Shown piece by piece: positions 53,715 to 64,000 of a stretch of 64,000 bases of DNA. Origin of the DNA: Cyanidioschyzon merolae (lineage: Eukaryota); assembly GCA_000091205.1 (NCBI GenBank), contig AP006483.2; one strand, 5' to 3'. The translations under genes and the position numbers were made by a program. How positions within the stretch are numbered: position 1 is the stretch's first letter; each line of letters opens with the position of its first letter. The notes under the pieces are model-generated. The model was not told the DNA's origin. It saw nothing but the letters and a program-made list of their open reading frames with translations, and did not search any database.

Positions 53715-55179
53715 AGAATTTTAAAAGTGGAAGAGAAAAATCGTGTTCGCGCCAGCCTACTACGTGTGCGCAAATGCCTTCGCGTTCTGTTGTAGCCGGA
53801 GCGAAGGCGCATGCGGTATCTATTCGCCTTGTGTTCCTAGTCTGCGTCGTGCTCTATTTTGACGGACGATTTGACAAACCTGTGACGCTAGACGGACGCT
53901 CCGAGACAGTCACGACCAAAGCTGAAGCTCAACTTCTTGCTCGTGCGGGTTTGTTGCAAGAAGCGCGCGCTGCAGTGTCGGCTCGGGCGGACACGTTTTT
54001 CCATGGCCAGCAGAGACGCACAGGAACCAAGTCTGCATGCTGCAGACCCAAGTATTGTGCGCCCCTGCGAGCAACACGGCGGAGTGTTAGCCGGCAGTGT
54101 GAGCAGTCACCCGGCTGCTGCGGAGTGCGCGTCGCACACACCAACCCTGGAAACAGGGGCACCTTGTGCTGCCGGAAGCGCACCAAGTGCTCCTATGACC
54201 GACCAGGGCGCTCGGTCCCCTCGTGCTGCCGACAGTATGCCAGCTTCGTCTCTGGAACGCGACGAGCGTGCAAGGCGCATCGCATGTCGCTTGCCGTCGT
54301 CAGCGATACGCCTGCCGGCCTTTGGCGAAGCCGTTTCCCGTCCAAACGCGGGATCCAGCGTCGACGCAACCGCGACCAAAGCAAGCCTACCGTCCGCCGG
54401 CGACGATGGGCTGGGGAACTCCAGAGAAGAACAGGGCACCACTTGTTCTGAACCTGACCTGCACGGAGTGCCGGAAAACGACCAGGTTGAGGTGTGCGTA
54501 GGTGGCAGAGGCATCCTGCGACCTCGTAGTTATCAGAGACAAGCACCTCAGCGCTGCGGACTTCCGGGAATGGCACCTGAAACTGCCGCGCGGCCGGATC
54601 ATACCGCCCGAAATGAGCTTGAGGAGGCGCTCGCTCGCCAAAGAGCCCGACTCGCCGAGCCCGACGCTTCAGGGGATATCCATGGAAGGCACGCAGGGTA
54701 GCGAATGGGAGTAAGCTCGCGAGCTCGCCCTGCAGGGGATGCTGTCGTTCGCTCGCAAACACCAGTGGGCAGGCACTGGCGCAGACATCTGTATGTCGAG
54801 ACTTGATGCGTAGGTGCTGTTCACCATACGCTGCGGTCTCATAGACGAGCAGCTCCGATGTTGCAGCATGTGCTTCTCGCATCGCTGCTGCAAACCAGCG
54901 ACCCGATCCGCAAGAGCCGTGGACGTGAGCCCGGATTCACGAATACAGCATCTGCACCACGGGCAGCGATCGCTCAAAAATACAAACACACACACAAGTG
55001 TAAGTTTAGGGTTGCGTGGCGGATTCCCGCCTTGTCCGTCGATCGAATGCAGCGGGCCGGAGACTGTACATCGCTGCTACTGATGCCCGCGTTTGCACAT
55101 GGACCTCGGGTTTGCCGCATCGCCATCGTCACTCGTACGGAATCACAGCTCTAGCAGATGTGCATAACGTGCCATCGAA

Positions 55180-55215
<36 letters not shown>
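55180..55215. repeat. (CTG)11–12 microsatellite
   Basis: gctgctgctgctgctgctgctgctgctgctgctgcta, immediately 3' of the minus-strand CBM48 gene. Confidence 0.95.
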
Positions 55216-55301
55216 ACCCGAGCACCATTCTGAATGATGTCTATCAAGGCGCGCGTACATGAAGCTTCCGCAGCATCATCCCCAACGCGCTTCGTGTTCG
55301 A

Positions 55302-55318
55302 GCAGCAGCAGCAGCAGT
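55302..55318. repeat. (CAG)6 microsatellite in inverted orientation relative to the (CTG)n run about 85 bp upstream
   Basis: gagcagcagcagcagcagtg. Confidence 0.9.
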
Positions 55319-55409
55319 GTGTGGATGCGGCTATACCGGTGCAGATGCATTCTATAACGCTCGGACGCGGTGACCTCGCACCGCTCTGAAAGTTACGCGG
55401 GAAATCGTG

Positions 55410-55437
55410 AACACGCACACGCACACGCACACGCACA
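55410..55437. repeat. (CACACG)4 hexanucleotide repeat
   Basis: acacgcacacgcacacgcacacgcaca. Confidence 0.9.
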
Positions 55438-55585
55438 ATTGATGCGTGCACTGCATTAGCCGCTGATGGCTGCATGCAAATGCGCTAGGGCCCTCGCGAA
55501 ACGGCTCGCAAAGGGGAATGCATTGTTATAGGAAGCACCATGATGCGTGACAGGTAAAGAGGTGGCGTTCATCGTGCTGAACATT

Positions 55586-58500
55586 TCATTCCGGTGCCGA
55601 AGGCAGCTGCAAATCTACGCTCTCACCGTCCAGACACTGTAGGCTTAGACTGGAGGCGCTATCCGTTGAGGAAGACGAGACAAAACTAGATGCAGCAGTG
55701 GATGCATAACGCAACGCATCGCTGCTGAAAGCTGCGTAAACCCGCGCACTGCCCGCAAACAAGCTGACGATTGGCCTGAAGGTGTCGGATTCAGTGGTTC
55801 TATCACCTGACGGACACAACCACTCGCCGTTGTTAAACACGCTTTCGGTAAGTTCGGACGGCAGCGGCACCACCTCGATGCCATTCACGAAGAATCGCAC
55901 CCCCCGTTTCGAATGCGTTCGCAGGACCCCAATGACTGATTCGGCTTTCGCCAGTACGGATTCCACACTGGAGGCAGGCGCACCAAGAAAGACGACTCGG
56001 TGCCATTCAGGAAGTTTTCGCTCGGCGTTCCATCGTACGACATAGCCTTTTGTGTGGAAACCAATGCTGCCGGGTTGCCCTCCGAGAAGCGCGTTCGTCA
56101 AAGGGCCTTCTGCTTCCGGAGCGATACCGACACATGCTGCAGCTACCTCTGTTCGCTTGGCGGGTGCTCGGCTCGACCCTGACACATTGCGCCTTCGTCC
56201 TTGGACCTTAGAATCAACGATGGAACGAACGGGCTGAGGACCAGTATCAGCGTCCGCGAGTGGCGCAAATAACACCTCGAAATAGGACCCTGGCGGAACC
56301 GGCAGCAGTCCTCGCACGCTGCGATACATGCCACTGTGCTGTGGGCGAAGACTCGCGCACTGGTTTCCTGCCGATAGAACAATATCCGCAGCACAGGATT
56401 GTGGATCGAAGCCGTAACTGGGCGAGCTAAACTCTGCTCGCAAGGCGTACTGGAGCTCAAGTGGAACCCGTTTCGGCCGCATAATCGCGTCAACTGACGA
56501 CGTTCGTGCAAGGAGTCCGGGTTTGGGGACCGCCTCAGTCCGCGGTTGCGTGCTATCCCCAACTCGGCATGGCGCCGCCGCCACTCGTTCCGGTGCTTCT
56601 CGCGATCCGCTCCTGTTGTCTGTACCGGCGATTTGCACGTCTGACTCGCTCATCAATAGCTGCGCATGCTGCATGCGTATTTCATTGAGGGAACTCACAC
56701 GCGACATTGCACCCTCGGGGATAACGTCGCCACCGTCCCGCCCGACGGCGTTACGACGTGGCGGTCGCTGACGCGGTTCCCAGGGGCTGGACTCTGCATC
56801 CGATGCTGGGGTTTCCACTGGGATCTCGAGTTCGGCAGCGCCCTCAGACGACGTATTGTGCTCAAGAGGCAAACTACGTGCTTTTGCAACCCATGAAGAG
56901 TCTTCCCCATGACCGCTCTGGTGCTTCGTCTGCCATGACTGCACGCCGTTTGATTCACTTTCTGCTGCTGCAACTGTTACAAGATGCATGACGCGCATCG
57001 TGCGGTCATGAGACACAGCTTTTGGTGACAAACGCCCCGAAAGAATCTGGCTGGGATCGAGGCCAGACGCGTCCCCCTTACCAGCTGTCTCGCCTGTTGG
57101 GAAGACGCCTTCCACGCCGTCTCTTGTTGGCATTTGTGCGTGATCCCCATTGACAACTTGTGCCGTTGAGATATGCTCAGGGTCTCTATCCTCTTGCTGA
57201 CGTTGTTCCTCGAATTTGAGAACATGCTCCAGGGGAAAAAGCTCCGTCGCCGCGCTAAGAAGGTCTCGCGCGTCGGGAACTACAGTTGCTTCGAACGGCG
57301 CATCATTGATGTCATGGTGCATGAAAGTCTTGGACGGTACTGGAGTTTCACTATCGAGATTCACTGCAGCGCTTGGGTCACAGCCGCTCTGCATTTTGCT
57401 GTCAGCTGCAGTCAACGACGCCCGGTCGCCTGCATCATGGGATGAGACTGGCAGTGCCTCGTCAACGGTTCCGTCGCCCATTCGCTGTGCTGTGTTCTGC
57501 GAAGCCGCCGTACCTTGAACATCATCTGCCCGTCCTAGGCGAGCGTCTCCGCAATCGAGGCGGCCCTGAGCCTGCTCTCGTTGAATCCCTACCAGGCTAG
57601 CTAGCGATCGAGGGCGAAGTTCTGCGACTGCGCGCGACCCCTTTCCAGCTCTTCGTTTTTCTTTGTATTCCAGGGCCACCCCGGTGTGACCTTTAAGTGC
57701 AATGCGCTGGGTGTTAGCGGATGCACTGTCTCTGGATATATTTCTCTCGTCGCCAGCATTGAGGGGCTGGATTGATAGCAAAGAGCGGTTGCCCGCTGGG
57801 CCGGGGAGGTCAGCATGACTGCCGTCAGCCCCGCCGCCGCTATCGGATACTCTCGAATTAATCTTGTTATAAATGCGCGCACAGAAACAACTCTGATCGC
57901 CGCAGAGCTCGACATTGACGATGAGGATATTGTTCACGATCCCGCGCTCATCTACGATGGTCGGCTGATCAGGAGAATGCCGCCAGACGTTGTCCACGAT
58001 GAACTTGTACTGGTGCACCCCAGGAGCCAGCGGCTCCGTGTGCGTCCAAAGGCGTGGATCCTCCGTATCCCGCTGCAGTTGGCGAACTTCACGCCATTTC
58101 AAAAAAGATCCCGTAACAAGCACAGTGTTCGGGGCCGCGCTTGTGTTATGGACCCAGACGAACGTCACGTCAGTCACGAGGTAGTCGATTGCCTCCTGGG
58201 GCAGGTCAGCTTCGAACGATGCCGATATCTCTGAAACCCTTCCATACGCGCCCAGCGCTGATTGACCTGGACTTGAAGTTCCAGCATTAAAGATGTTTCC
58301 TAGTGGCACGCCGGCAGGAATCGGAGTCACGTTCCGTCGCGAGCCGAGCGCTCGACTGGGCTCTACTCCGAACTCACGCGCTCTGCCAGAGCCCGTGTGT
58401 CGCCTCGCTGTCCACGCCTCAACTTCGCGGCGCACGCGTGCATGCGATACTGACCACAGACCTGGAGTCGAGGGAGTACCCGTTGACGCAGCCGAGGAAG

Positions 58501-58591
58501 AGTGTGAATGTGGCGTGCGTGGCGCCTTCGAAGCTGAGGAGCGAAACTCCATGTGGTGAGCCCGTGACAACGACGCCAGCACCAGCTGCAC
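55586..58591 (-). CDS. Large (1001 aa) protein with an N-terminal AMPK-beta-type glycogen/starch-binding domain (CBM48). The rest is mostly disordered.
   Basis: LVTDVTFVWVHNTSAAPNTVLVTGSFLKWREVRQL...LWTHTEPLAPGVHQYKFIVDNVWRHSPDQPTIVDERGIVNNILIV matches the AMPK1_CBM pattern (VxGSFxxW...HxYKFxVDGxWxxDP...GxxNNxI). The remainder is S/A/P/G-rich. Confidence 0.7.
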   Translation of the reverse strand: MQLVLASLSRAHHMEFRSSASKAPRTPHSHSSSAASTGTPSTPGLWSVSHARVRREVEAWTARRHTGSGRAREFGVEPSRALGSRRNVTPIPAGVPLGNIFNAGTSSPGQSALGAYGRVSEISASFEADLPQEAIDYLVTDVTFVWVHNTSAAPNTVLVTGSFLKWREVRQLQRDTEDPRLWTHTEPLAPGVHQYKFIVDNVWRHSPDQPTIVDERGIVNNILIVNVELCGDQSCFCARIYNKINSRVSDSGGGADGSHADLPGPAGNRSLLSIQPLNAGDERNISRDSASANTQRIALKGHTGVALEYKEKRRAGKGSRAVAELRPRSLASLVGIQREQAQGRLDCGDARLGRADDVQGTAASQNTAQRMGDGTVDEALPVSSHDAGDRASLTAADSKMQSGCDPSAAVNLDSETPVPSKTFMHHDINDAPFEATVVPDARDLLSAATELFPLEHVLKFEEQRQQEDRDPEHISTAQVVNGDHAQMPTRDGVEGVFPTGETAGKGDASGLDPSQILSGRLSPKAVSHDRTMRVMHLVTVAAAESESNGVQSWQTKHQSGHGEDSSWVAKARSLPLEHNTSSEGAAELEIPVETPASDAESSPWEPRQRPPRRNAVGRDGGDVIPEGAMSRVSSLNEIRMQHAQLLMSESDVQIAGTDNRSGSREAPERVAAAPCRVGDSTQPRTEAVPKPGLLARTSSVDAIMRPKRVPLELQYALRAEFSSPSYGFDPQSCAADIVLSAGNQCASLRPQHSGMYRSVRGLLPVPPGSYFEVLFAPLADADTGPQPVRSIVDSKVQGRRRNVSGSSRAPAKRTEVAAACVGIAPEAEGPLTNALLGGQPGSIGFHTKGYVVRWNAERKLPEWHRVVFLGAPASSVESVLAKAESVIGVLRTHSKRGVRFFVNGIEVVPLPSELTESVFNNGEWLCPSGDRTTESDTFRPIVSLFAGSARVYAAFSSDALRYASTAASSFVSSSSTDSASSLSLQCLDGESVDLQLPSAPE

Positions 58592-61546
58592 CCCCTACTA
58601 CCAAACCTGACACTTCGTCTCAGCAGCCACGACCTACTGCAGGCACTCAGCGAATAACGTTGTCTGTACTCGAAACAACGACAGGCTTCCTCGTCTTTAC
58701 AGAGAAACGCTCGCAGTCTTTACCGAGATGCGAACGCGTGTCAAAGCGTTGCAGACCAGGAATGTCACGTCAAAGTGGACGCCTCCCGGATCCTGACGAA
58801 ACTGTACTTTATGGTTTATAAAGGCCAACGGTGGAGAGCGGCCCTGCGGGCCCTCGACGTGCCCGCTCGGCGCATGATGTGCGTGACTGATTTCCGCGCT
58901 GGGTTACGCTCGCACTGGAAGCCGGTCATGTTGGTGTTCTATTTGCAGTTCCCAAGTGACAGCTCGAAAGCTCAGGCCCGGTGAAGTCACAGGCAGCAGA
59001 GCCAATTCGTGGGGATTTAAGGAACTACATTCTAGGTGCATGTGTGTCATAATGAAATAAAACGTGACAATTACTTAACTCGGGTGTGAGCACGAAATTT
59101 CGGAGTCCTTCCCGTAACCATGATCACATGCCTTTGCGGGTTTTTTTCTTAAACAGCTTCCTTAGCTTTTCTTCTATCCGGATTTCAATACATTGGTCGA
59201 TAAACTCTCTCCAGCTCCGTTGTCATCAGTTGAAGGATGTTGATGGCAGTGCACAAGTTGCGATTTCGGCGATGACATGTGGCATCAACGCAGCTCATGC
59301 ACAGGCGGAATTTGCGATTGACGCTTCGCTAACCATTTCCATCTCCTTCGTAAATAGAGACTGTGTGTCCTTTGCAGAAGTGATGCTTGGCGGCGGTCAG
59401 GCGTTCGCAAACATCCACGACACTTCCTCCTCTGAGCGCAGGCCTGTGACACGTCAGGGCTTGCTTCATCATTCGGTACACGCCATTGTTGGTTAGAGAG
59501 GGTTCTCGTCGACGCTTTCCTCCGTTCTCGCGCCCAGTATGTACCCTACGTTCAGAGGCGACTCCGCAGGCGACTACATTGTCCGCTGGACACTGAATCG
59601 CATGCTGTTCTATTCAGTGCACCATCGTCCGCGTCCTAGCACACTCGTCGTTTTCTGCGCACCCTTACCAAAAAATACCTCCGTTAGTGTGACCGGCATC
59701 AAGGCACCTTTCAAACTCGTGAGCATTTTTTGTAGCATGTTTCACTCAATGGCAAGAGTGCGTACAGGACTTTTGGGACGCTCTTGTCTTGCGTTCGCAT
59801 GCTCGTCATACAATTCTTTCAAATGTCTCCTTTCGATGGGATGAAGATGACGAGCGTGCGAGAGCAGCATACGAGTGCAGCTGGAAGCCGCAGGGTCCGA
59901 GACTCGTTCTCCACAGCGCCGTCGGCTGCCACAGGGTGGTCGGACTTTACTTCGGATCTCACTGAAGCAAACGGGTACACGTTCACTCTCGCTGGGTCCA
60001 GGCAGATGCAGATCGCACGGGGAAGCAAGTTCGCGAGAGCGTGGATCTGTTTTGATCCTCGTTCATCTTCGTATTTCCCCTTCCGAGCAGATTTGCGTTT
60101 GAGCTCTGAGATCGTCGTGAATCGTGTACGACGTTCGTGGTTGACGACGGTGAATACTGTCGTGCCATCGATGCCGATGGAGAAGAGTATGCCTCGCCTC
60201 CGTCGTGTGAACATCTCCTTCCTTCTTTTTTTTCCTTCTCATTCGCATATTTGTTTGTGTTGCACCGCTTTTCGTTCCTCTCGCGGTGCATGAACGCCTC
60301 CGAATCTCCAGGCGAAAGGAGCATATTTCCCTTCATGAACCTCATGGACAGAATCGGTCCAAATCGTTCTCGATGGATTTCGTTCTGTCCATCGTACGTT
60401 TCTGGGCGGCCTTGTTCGTGGGCATCCTCCATACCGAAACAAAAAAGGCGTGAATCGAAGCGCAGGTGCGAACGATAGATACATGCGTTCGGAAAAGGAG
60501 ATAATCTCATCCGATCTGGCACAATGAGACTGCACTAAAGATGCAGAAGCAGCATCGCGTCCGGAGGCCGGTTCCTAGCAGGCTGCAGAACCAACCTCTT
60601 CTTGTCGTCTCCGACCTCAATAAATATTCGACGTTCGCGCATCAAGCTCTCTATTCTCCGTGTCGATGGATGTCTGTGAAGAACCGGTCATGAAGAGATC
60701 TTTCGAGTTACCAAGGCTGGTGATCGAGTGGTCGAACTTTCGCCTCCACGTCATCGAGTCGTTCATGCATCGGTGAAGATGAACGCTCACATGGCTCAGC
60801 GTCGCCACTATTTTTTTTGACCACGCACTTTTTTGTGAAATCAAAGCCGGTTTGACTCACCAAGCGAGTAAGGGCCTCGACGACCGCAAGATCGCTCCGC
60901 TAGGGAATCGAGTACGCCTGGCGTCGATGAAAGCACTGAAACCAGGAACTGTAACCGGTAAATGCTCGAGAACACTGGGGACACGACAGGCCGCCTATGT
61001 CAACAGCGCCTGTATGAAGATCCCCTCTTTCGGACTGTAGTCGACGCGTTCGAAGCACGCGTTCTGTTTCGTGAGGTGAGCGCGTTGCTGGAGTGTAGAG
61101 AAAAGAACTGCGAATTCACCTACGCGGGCGCGATGTCTCGGCTATTGAAAGTACGTTCCGATGTATCCCATTTGCGGCTGCTCTGTTATAGATCAGCGAT
61201 GAGCGCAGCTTCTCGTCCGGAAGCATACCAAATTGATGAGCTTCGTCCAGGAAAGCACAACGTCGGAGATTAACGGCATTCTCGGGGAGCAGTACACGCC
61301 TCTATTCGTGGTACCAGGATTTGTATGTTGCTCTTATGCTGTTGAATTTCCTGCCAGACCGGGTGGGCAGGGGATGTTTGCCTCTTTAAGTAAACATGCT
61401 ACATATATTCATTCTTTCTGCCTTGTTCATATCTCCTCCTCATGGCTCTTTTGCAATCCACCTTCGGCAAAAGGAAACGAATTGCGCAAATTAAGCGCTG
61501 ACGAGTTATCAACAGATGTATTTGATGTACTGAATCATTCCTTCAC

Positions 61547-62110
61547 GTGTCCGGAGCCATTATCGATCGGGTTGAAACGCGGGAAATGTGCTGGAATGCA
61601 CAAAACGAGTCATCCTCTATACTCTGCTCGTTTCGGAGCAGAAGCGGTTCATGGCACGGCATAGTGTCCCTGATGAAGCAAGGACCAGTAGAAAAATCCA
61701 TGCTAGAGAAATACGCCGAGGAACTGCGATCCGTCTACGCTCCCATCGTGCACACCTCCGGTGATGAACGCTCAGATCCAGGCGATCGCTGCAATGACTC
61801 GACGCCGTGTCCGGTACCTGTTGTCATGCAAGCGGAAGAGACGAGAGCGTCTGGGACCACATTCCTGTCAGAGATAAAATGCTGCAGCCGATTTTTGTTT
61901 CGACGATGCGAACCAAGGGTCGATGATGCGCCACTCAAACGAAATCCATTACCTGATGTGAAACGTTCAGCCAAGCTCCCGCGTGAGGTCTTGAGAGAGT
62001 CGTCAGCGTACGAGGTTGAGTTTTTTCCATCGTCAATGTACCGCCGCGAATTGCTGCGCGTTCCCAAGCTACACTGGCATGGAACGATCGAGAGCTTGAA
62101 GCATGCGTGA
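61547..62110 (+). CDS. Hypothetical ORF, 187 aa, in an otherwise unassigned 4-kb interval
   Basis: Only ORF length and local coding-like composition support it. There is no recognisable domain. Confidence 0.15.
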   Translation: MSGAIIDRVETREMCWNAQNESSSILCSFRSRSGSWHGIVSLMKQGPVEKSMLEKYAEELRSVYAPIVHTSGDERSDPGDRCNDSTPCPVPVVMQAEETRASGTTFLSEIKCCSRFLFRRCEPRVDDAPLKRNPLPDVKRSAKLPREVLRESSAYEVEFFPSSMYRRELLRVPKLHWHGTIESLKHA

Positions 62111-62626
62111 CAAGCGCATGCTACACGTAAGGAAAGCAGGGGGATGGAGGCTTCCATGAATGAATTTTGACACTGGTATCGGCTATTTTACGAACGCGTG
62201 TTCCAGGGCGCCGCGGAACATCTCGATTCGCATGACTTATCGATTACCAGCCGCATAGCGTCGAAGAATCCACCTCGACAAGACGACAGGGAACCCTAAA
62301 ACTGCCTATGAATCCGTGCGCCGTTTCTGCTGCATTTCGAATGTGGATGCTGTATATCTGGAAAAGCTCGGGAAACAAAGTGCAAGGCAGGAGCCAGGCG
62401 CACATCAACGTCCCATTTTAACCTGACATCGGTGCAGATTGCCACGCGAGGAGCTTAGGATACGCGCTCACAACACAGCAGCAAGCATCATCTGTGGATC
62501 TGTGTTGCTTGTATCCCACGCAAATGCGACCAGGTTGAGTTACGCAGACCGAGCCAAATCGCTCTGTGTACAGAAAAGAACGAAATCCTGGCAAAAGGAT
62601 TCATGAACGAGGACATACTTCGTCGT

Positions 62627-63454
62627 TTATGTCGTAGACTTCTCTAGTTTGGAGAGGTATACCGAGAATTGTTCCTGTGGAGGCGGCATCAATTTCGTCT
62701 CTTTCCATAGATCGGGGGTGAGGAAGCTGTATGTCTTTTTCAGTGCATCGTAAGTCGCTTTGGCGAAATTCCCCAGAGTTTTCGAGTGGCCAGTGCACTG
62801 CGTATACACGTCCTGCAAACCTGCAAACTGAAGTATCTTCTTCGGTACCTGCGCTGCCACTATACCGGTACCACGTGGAGCCGGCACTAATCGCAGCGTT
62901 ACTGAGCCGGCTTTCCCACTAACCTTACACGGCACAGTGTGCGGTAGACCGAGCTTGCTGCCCCAGAAGCCGCGTCGCACGGGAACGACTGCAAGCTTCG
63001 CAGCAAGCATAGCTCCGCGAATTGCAGTCGCAACCTCCTTCGCGCTCTTGACTCCGAGACCGACGTGCCCGTTTCCGTCACCAACAACAACAATAGCCTT
63101 AAAGCGCGTTCGCTGACCCGCCTGCGTCTGTTTCTGAATAGGCATGATCTTCAATACCTCATCCTGGAGACGAGGTCCGAGAAAATAGTCGATAATTCCT
63201 GGCTCCTTAATCGGAAGCGAGAACAGGTAAATGTGCTCAAGCGATGGTATTTTGCCGTCTTTCACGAGCCGTCCCAGCTTAGTGGTCGGGATCCACTCCT
63301 CGTGCGCTGCTGTGCCGTCGCGACCGGCTGCTCGAGCCCCACCACGGCCGCCTCTGCCTCCACGCCCACCCCTACCACCTCGTCCACCTCGGGCACTGCG
63401 ACCACCACCACGGCTCTCACCAAAACCGCCAGGGAACCCTCCACGTTCAGCCAT
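62627..63454 (-). CDS. RPS2: Cytosolic 40S ribosomal protein S2 (uS5) with an N-terminal RGG/GGR repeat tail. The start is probably at MAERGG (63454); the ORF extends to 63466.
   Basis: (GGR)n tail, then [42 protein letters not shown]...[64 protein letters not shown]...[30 protein letters not shown]. This is near-identical in pattern to eukaryotic RPS2. Confidence 0.9.
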   Translation of the reverse strand: MAERGGFPGGFGESRGGGRSARGGRGGRGGRGGRGGRGGARAAGRDGTAAHEEWIPTTKLGRLVKDGKIPSLEHIYLFSLPIKEPGIIDYFLGPRLQDEVLKIMPIQKQTQAGQRTRFKAIVVVGDGNGHVGLGVKSAKEVATAIRGAMLAAKLAVVPVRRGFWGSKLGLPHTVPCKVSGKAGSVTLRLVPAPRGTGIVAAQVPKKILQFAGLQDVYTQCTGHSKTLGNFAKATYDALKKTYSFLTPDLWKETKLMPPPQEQFSVYLSKLEKSTT

Positions 63455-64000
63455 GATCTTATGCACGAGTACTTGCTCGCTTAGAACACAGCAAATCCTT
63501 TGCGAGACGTGTGCCCAGCGCGACGACGAAACGCGCCGTCCTTACTGTCCTTACTGTACTAAAAAGTACATTTAGATACAGTCTCCACGGGATACCTGAT
63601 CGTACGCTGATGGACCGCGACCTGCGCGATCGCTCGTCGCGCTCAGGGCGTCGTTTCGGCAGGCGCGGGGCGCTGGCGACCTGCGCGCGATCACACACGA
63701 AGCAGTGTAGCGGAAATCAGGTCCTTTTTGCAGACTCGAGCGTAAACATCCAAGTTTGCGTCTCTCCCACTGTCATCAATATAAATCTTTAGGAAACTAT
63801 CCTAAGGCTGCTGCTTTTTTTCTCCTTTTTATCTCAGGCTTTTAAAACGCCTGTACCGCCCGTACGTCCAGCTACGTTGGCAGTAATCGCGGGGCGTTGG
63901 GGCAGCGCTAGAGTTGCATTTCGCCGCTTCCGGCTGTTGTCGGTGTATTTCAAGCATGGCCCGACGTAGGGATCTACGCTTGGCTTGCTACTTACCTCTT

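Noticed and set aside
55143-55475. 110-aa minus-strand ORF encoding poly-Ala and a mirrored plus-strand poly-Leu ORF
   Set aside because: These are translation artefacts of the (CTG)n/(CAG)n microsatellites, not genes.
1-64000. Prokaryotic-style interpretation (operons, defence islands, CRISPR, RBS-led genes)
   Set aside because: The gene content is eukaryotic: SMC6, MTR4, cytosolic RPS2 with an RGG tail, Dbl RhoGEF, STAR KH and AMPK-beta CBM. There is no co-oriented operon structure and no CRISPR-like spacer arrays. The tandem array at 50.5 kb has 185-bp units without unique spacers.

Overview
This 64-kb window looks like eukaryotic nuclear DNA from a compact genome with few or no introns. 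Long uninterrupted ORFs lie on both strands at roughly one gene per 4 kb, separated by short, more AT-rich spacers. There are no rRNA or CRISPR signals, I could not call any tRNA genes by eye, and there is no operon structure.

About sixteen protein-coding genes can be supported from the translated ORFs. In window order they are:
- a Y-family (Pol eta/RAD30-like) DNA polymerase
- a rhomboid protease with C-terminal UBA domains
- a CPP1/CDF1-like membrane protein with a J-like domain
- a TatA/B (Hcf106-like) translocase subunit with an N-terminal extension
- SMC6
- a bacterial-type, organelle-targeted ribosomal protein L32
- HMG-CoA lyase
- a SOUL haem-binding protein
- a TMEM14/FAX-like protein with a presequence
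- an MTR4/SKI2-type DExH helicase
- a STAR/GSG KH RNA-binding protein
- a class I/II aminotransferase
- a Dbl-family RhoGEF (DH-PH)
- a 1001-aa protein carrying an AMPK-beta-type CBM48 domain
- cytosolic ribosomal protein S2 (uS5) with an RGG tail
- one conserved-looking hypothetical protein

Several products (TatB/Hcf106-like, CPP1-like, FAX-like with presequences) suggest an organelle-bearing, possibly plastid-bearing, protist or alga. I cannot name the organism.

The main non-genic structure is three families of high-identity direct repeats that split the first 35 kb into repeat-flanked gene cassettes.
- R1 is about 305 bp, at 1–311 and 9737–10046.
- R2 is 1364 bp, at 11127–12490 and 19981–21344, with a third copy about 80% identical at about 45850–47275. 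It carries a degenerate Tc1-like transposase remnant, and every copy ends just upstream of a plus-strand gene.
- R3 is 1115 bp, at 28541–29655 and 34080–35194, bracketing the MTR4 helicase gene.

Other features are a tandem array of 2.8 copies of a 185-bp unit with T-runs (50527–51040), an inverted (CTG)n/(CAG)n microsatellite pair with a (CACACG)n run, and an in-frame 39-bp triplication inside the SOUL gene.
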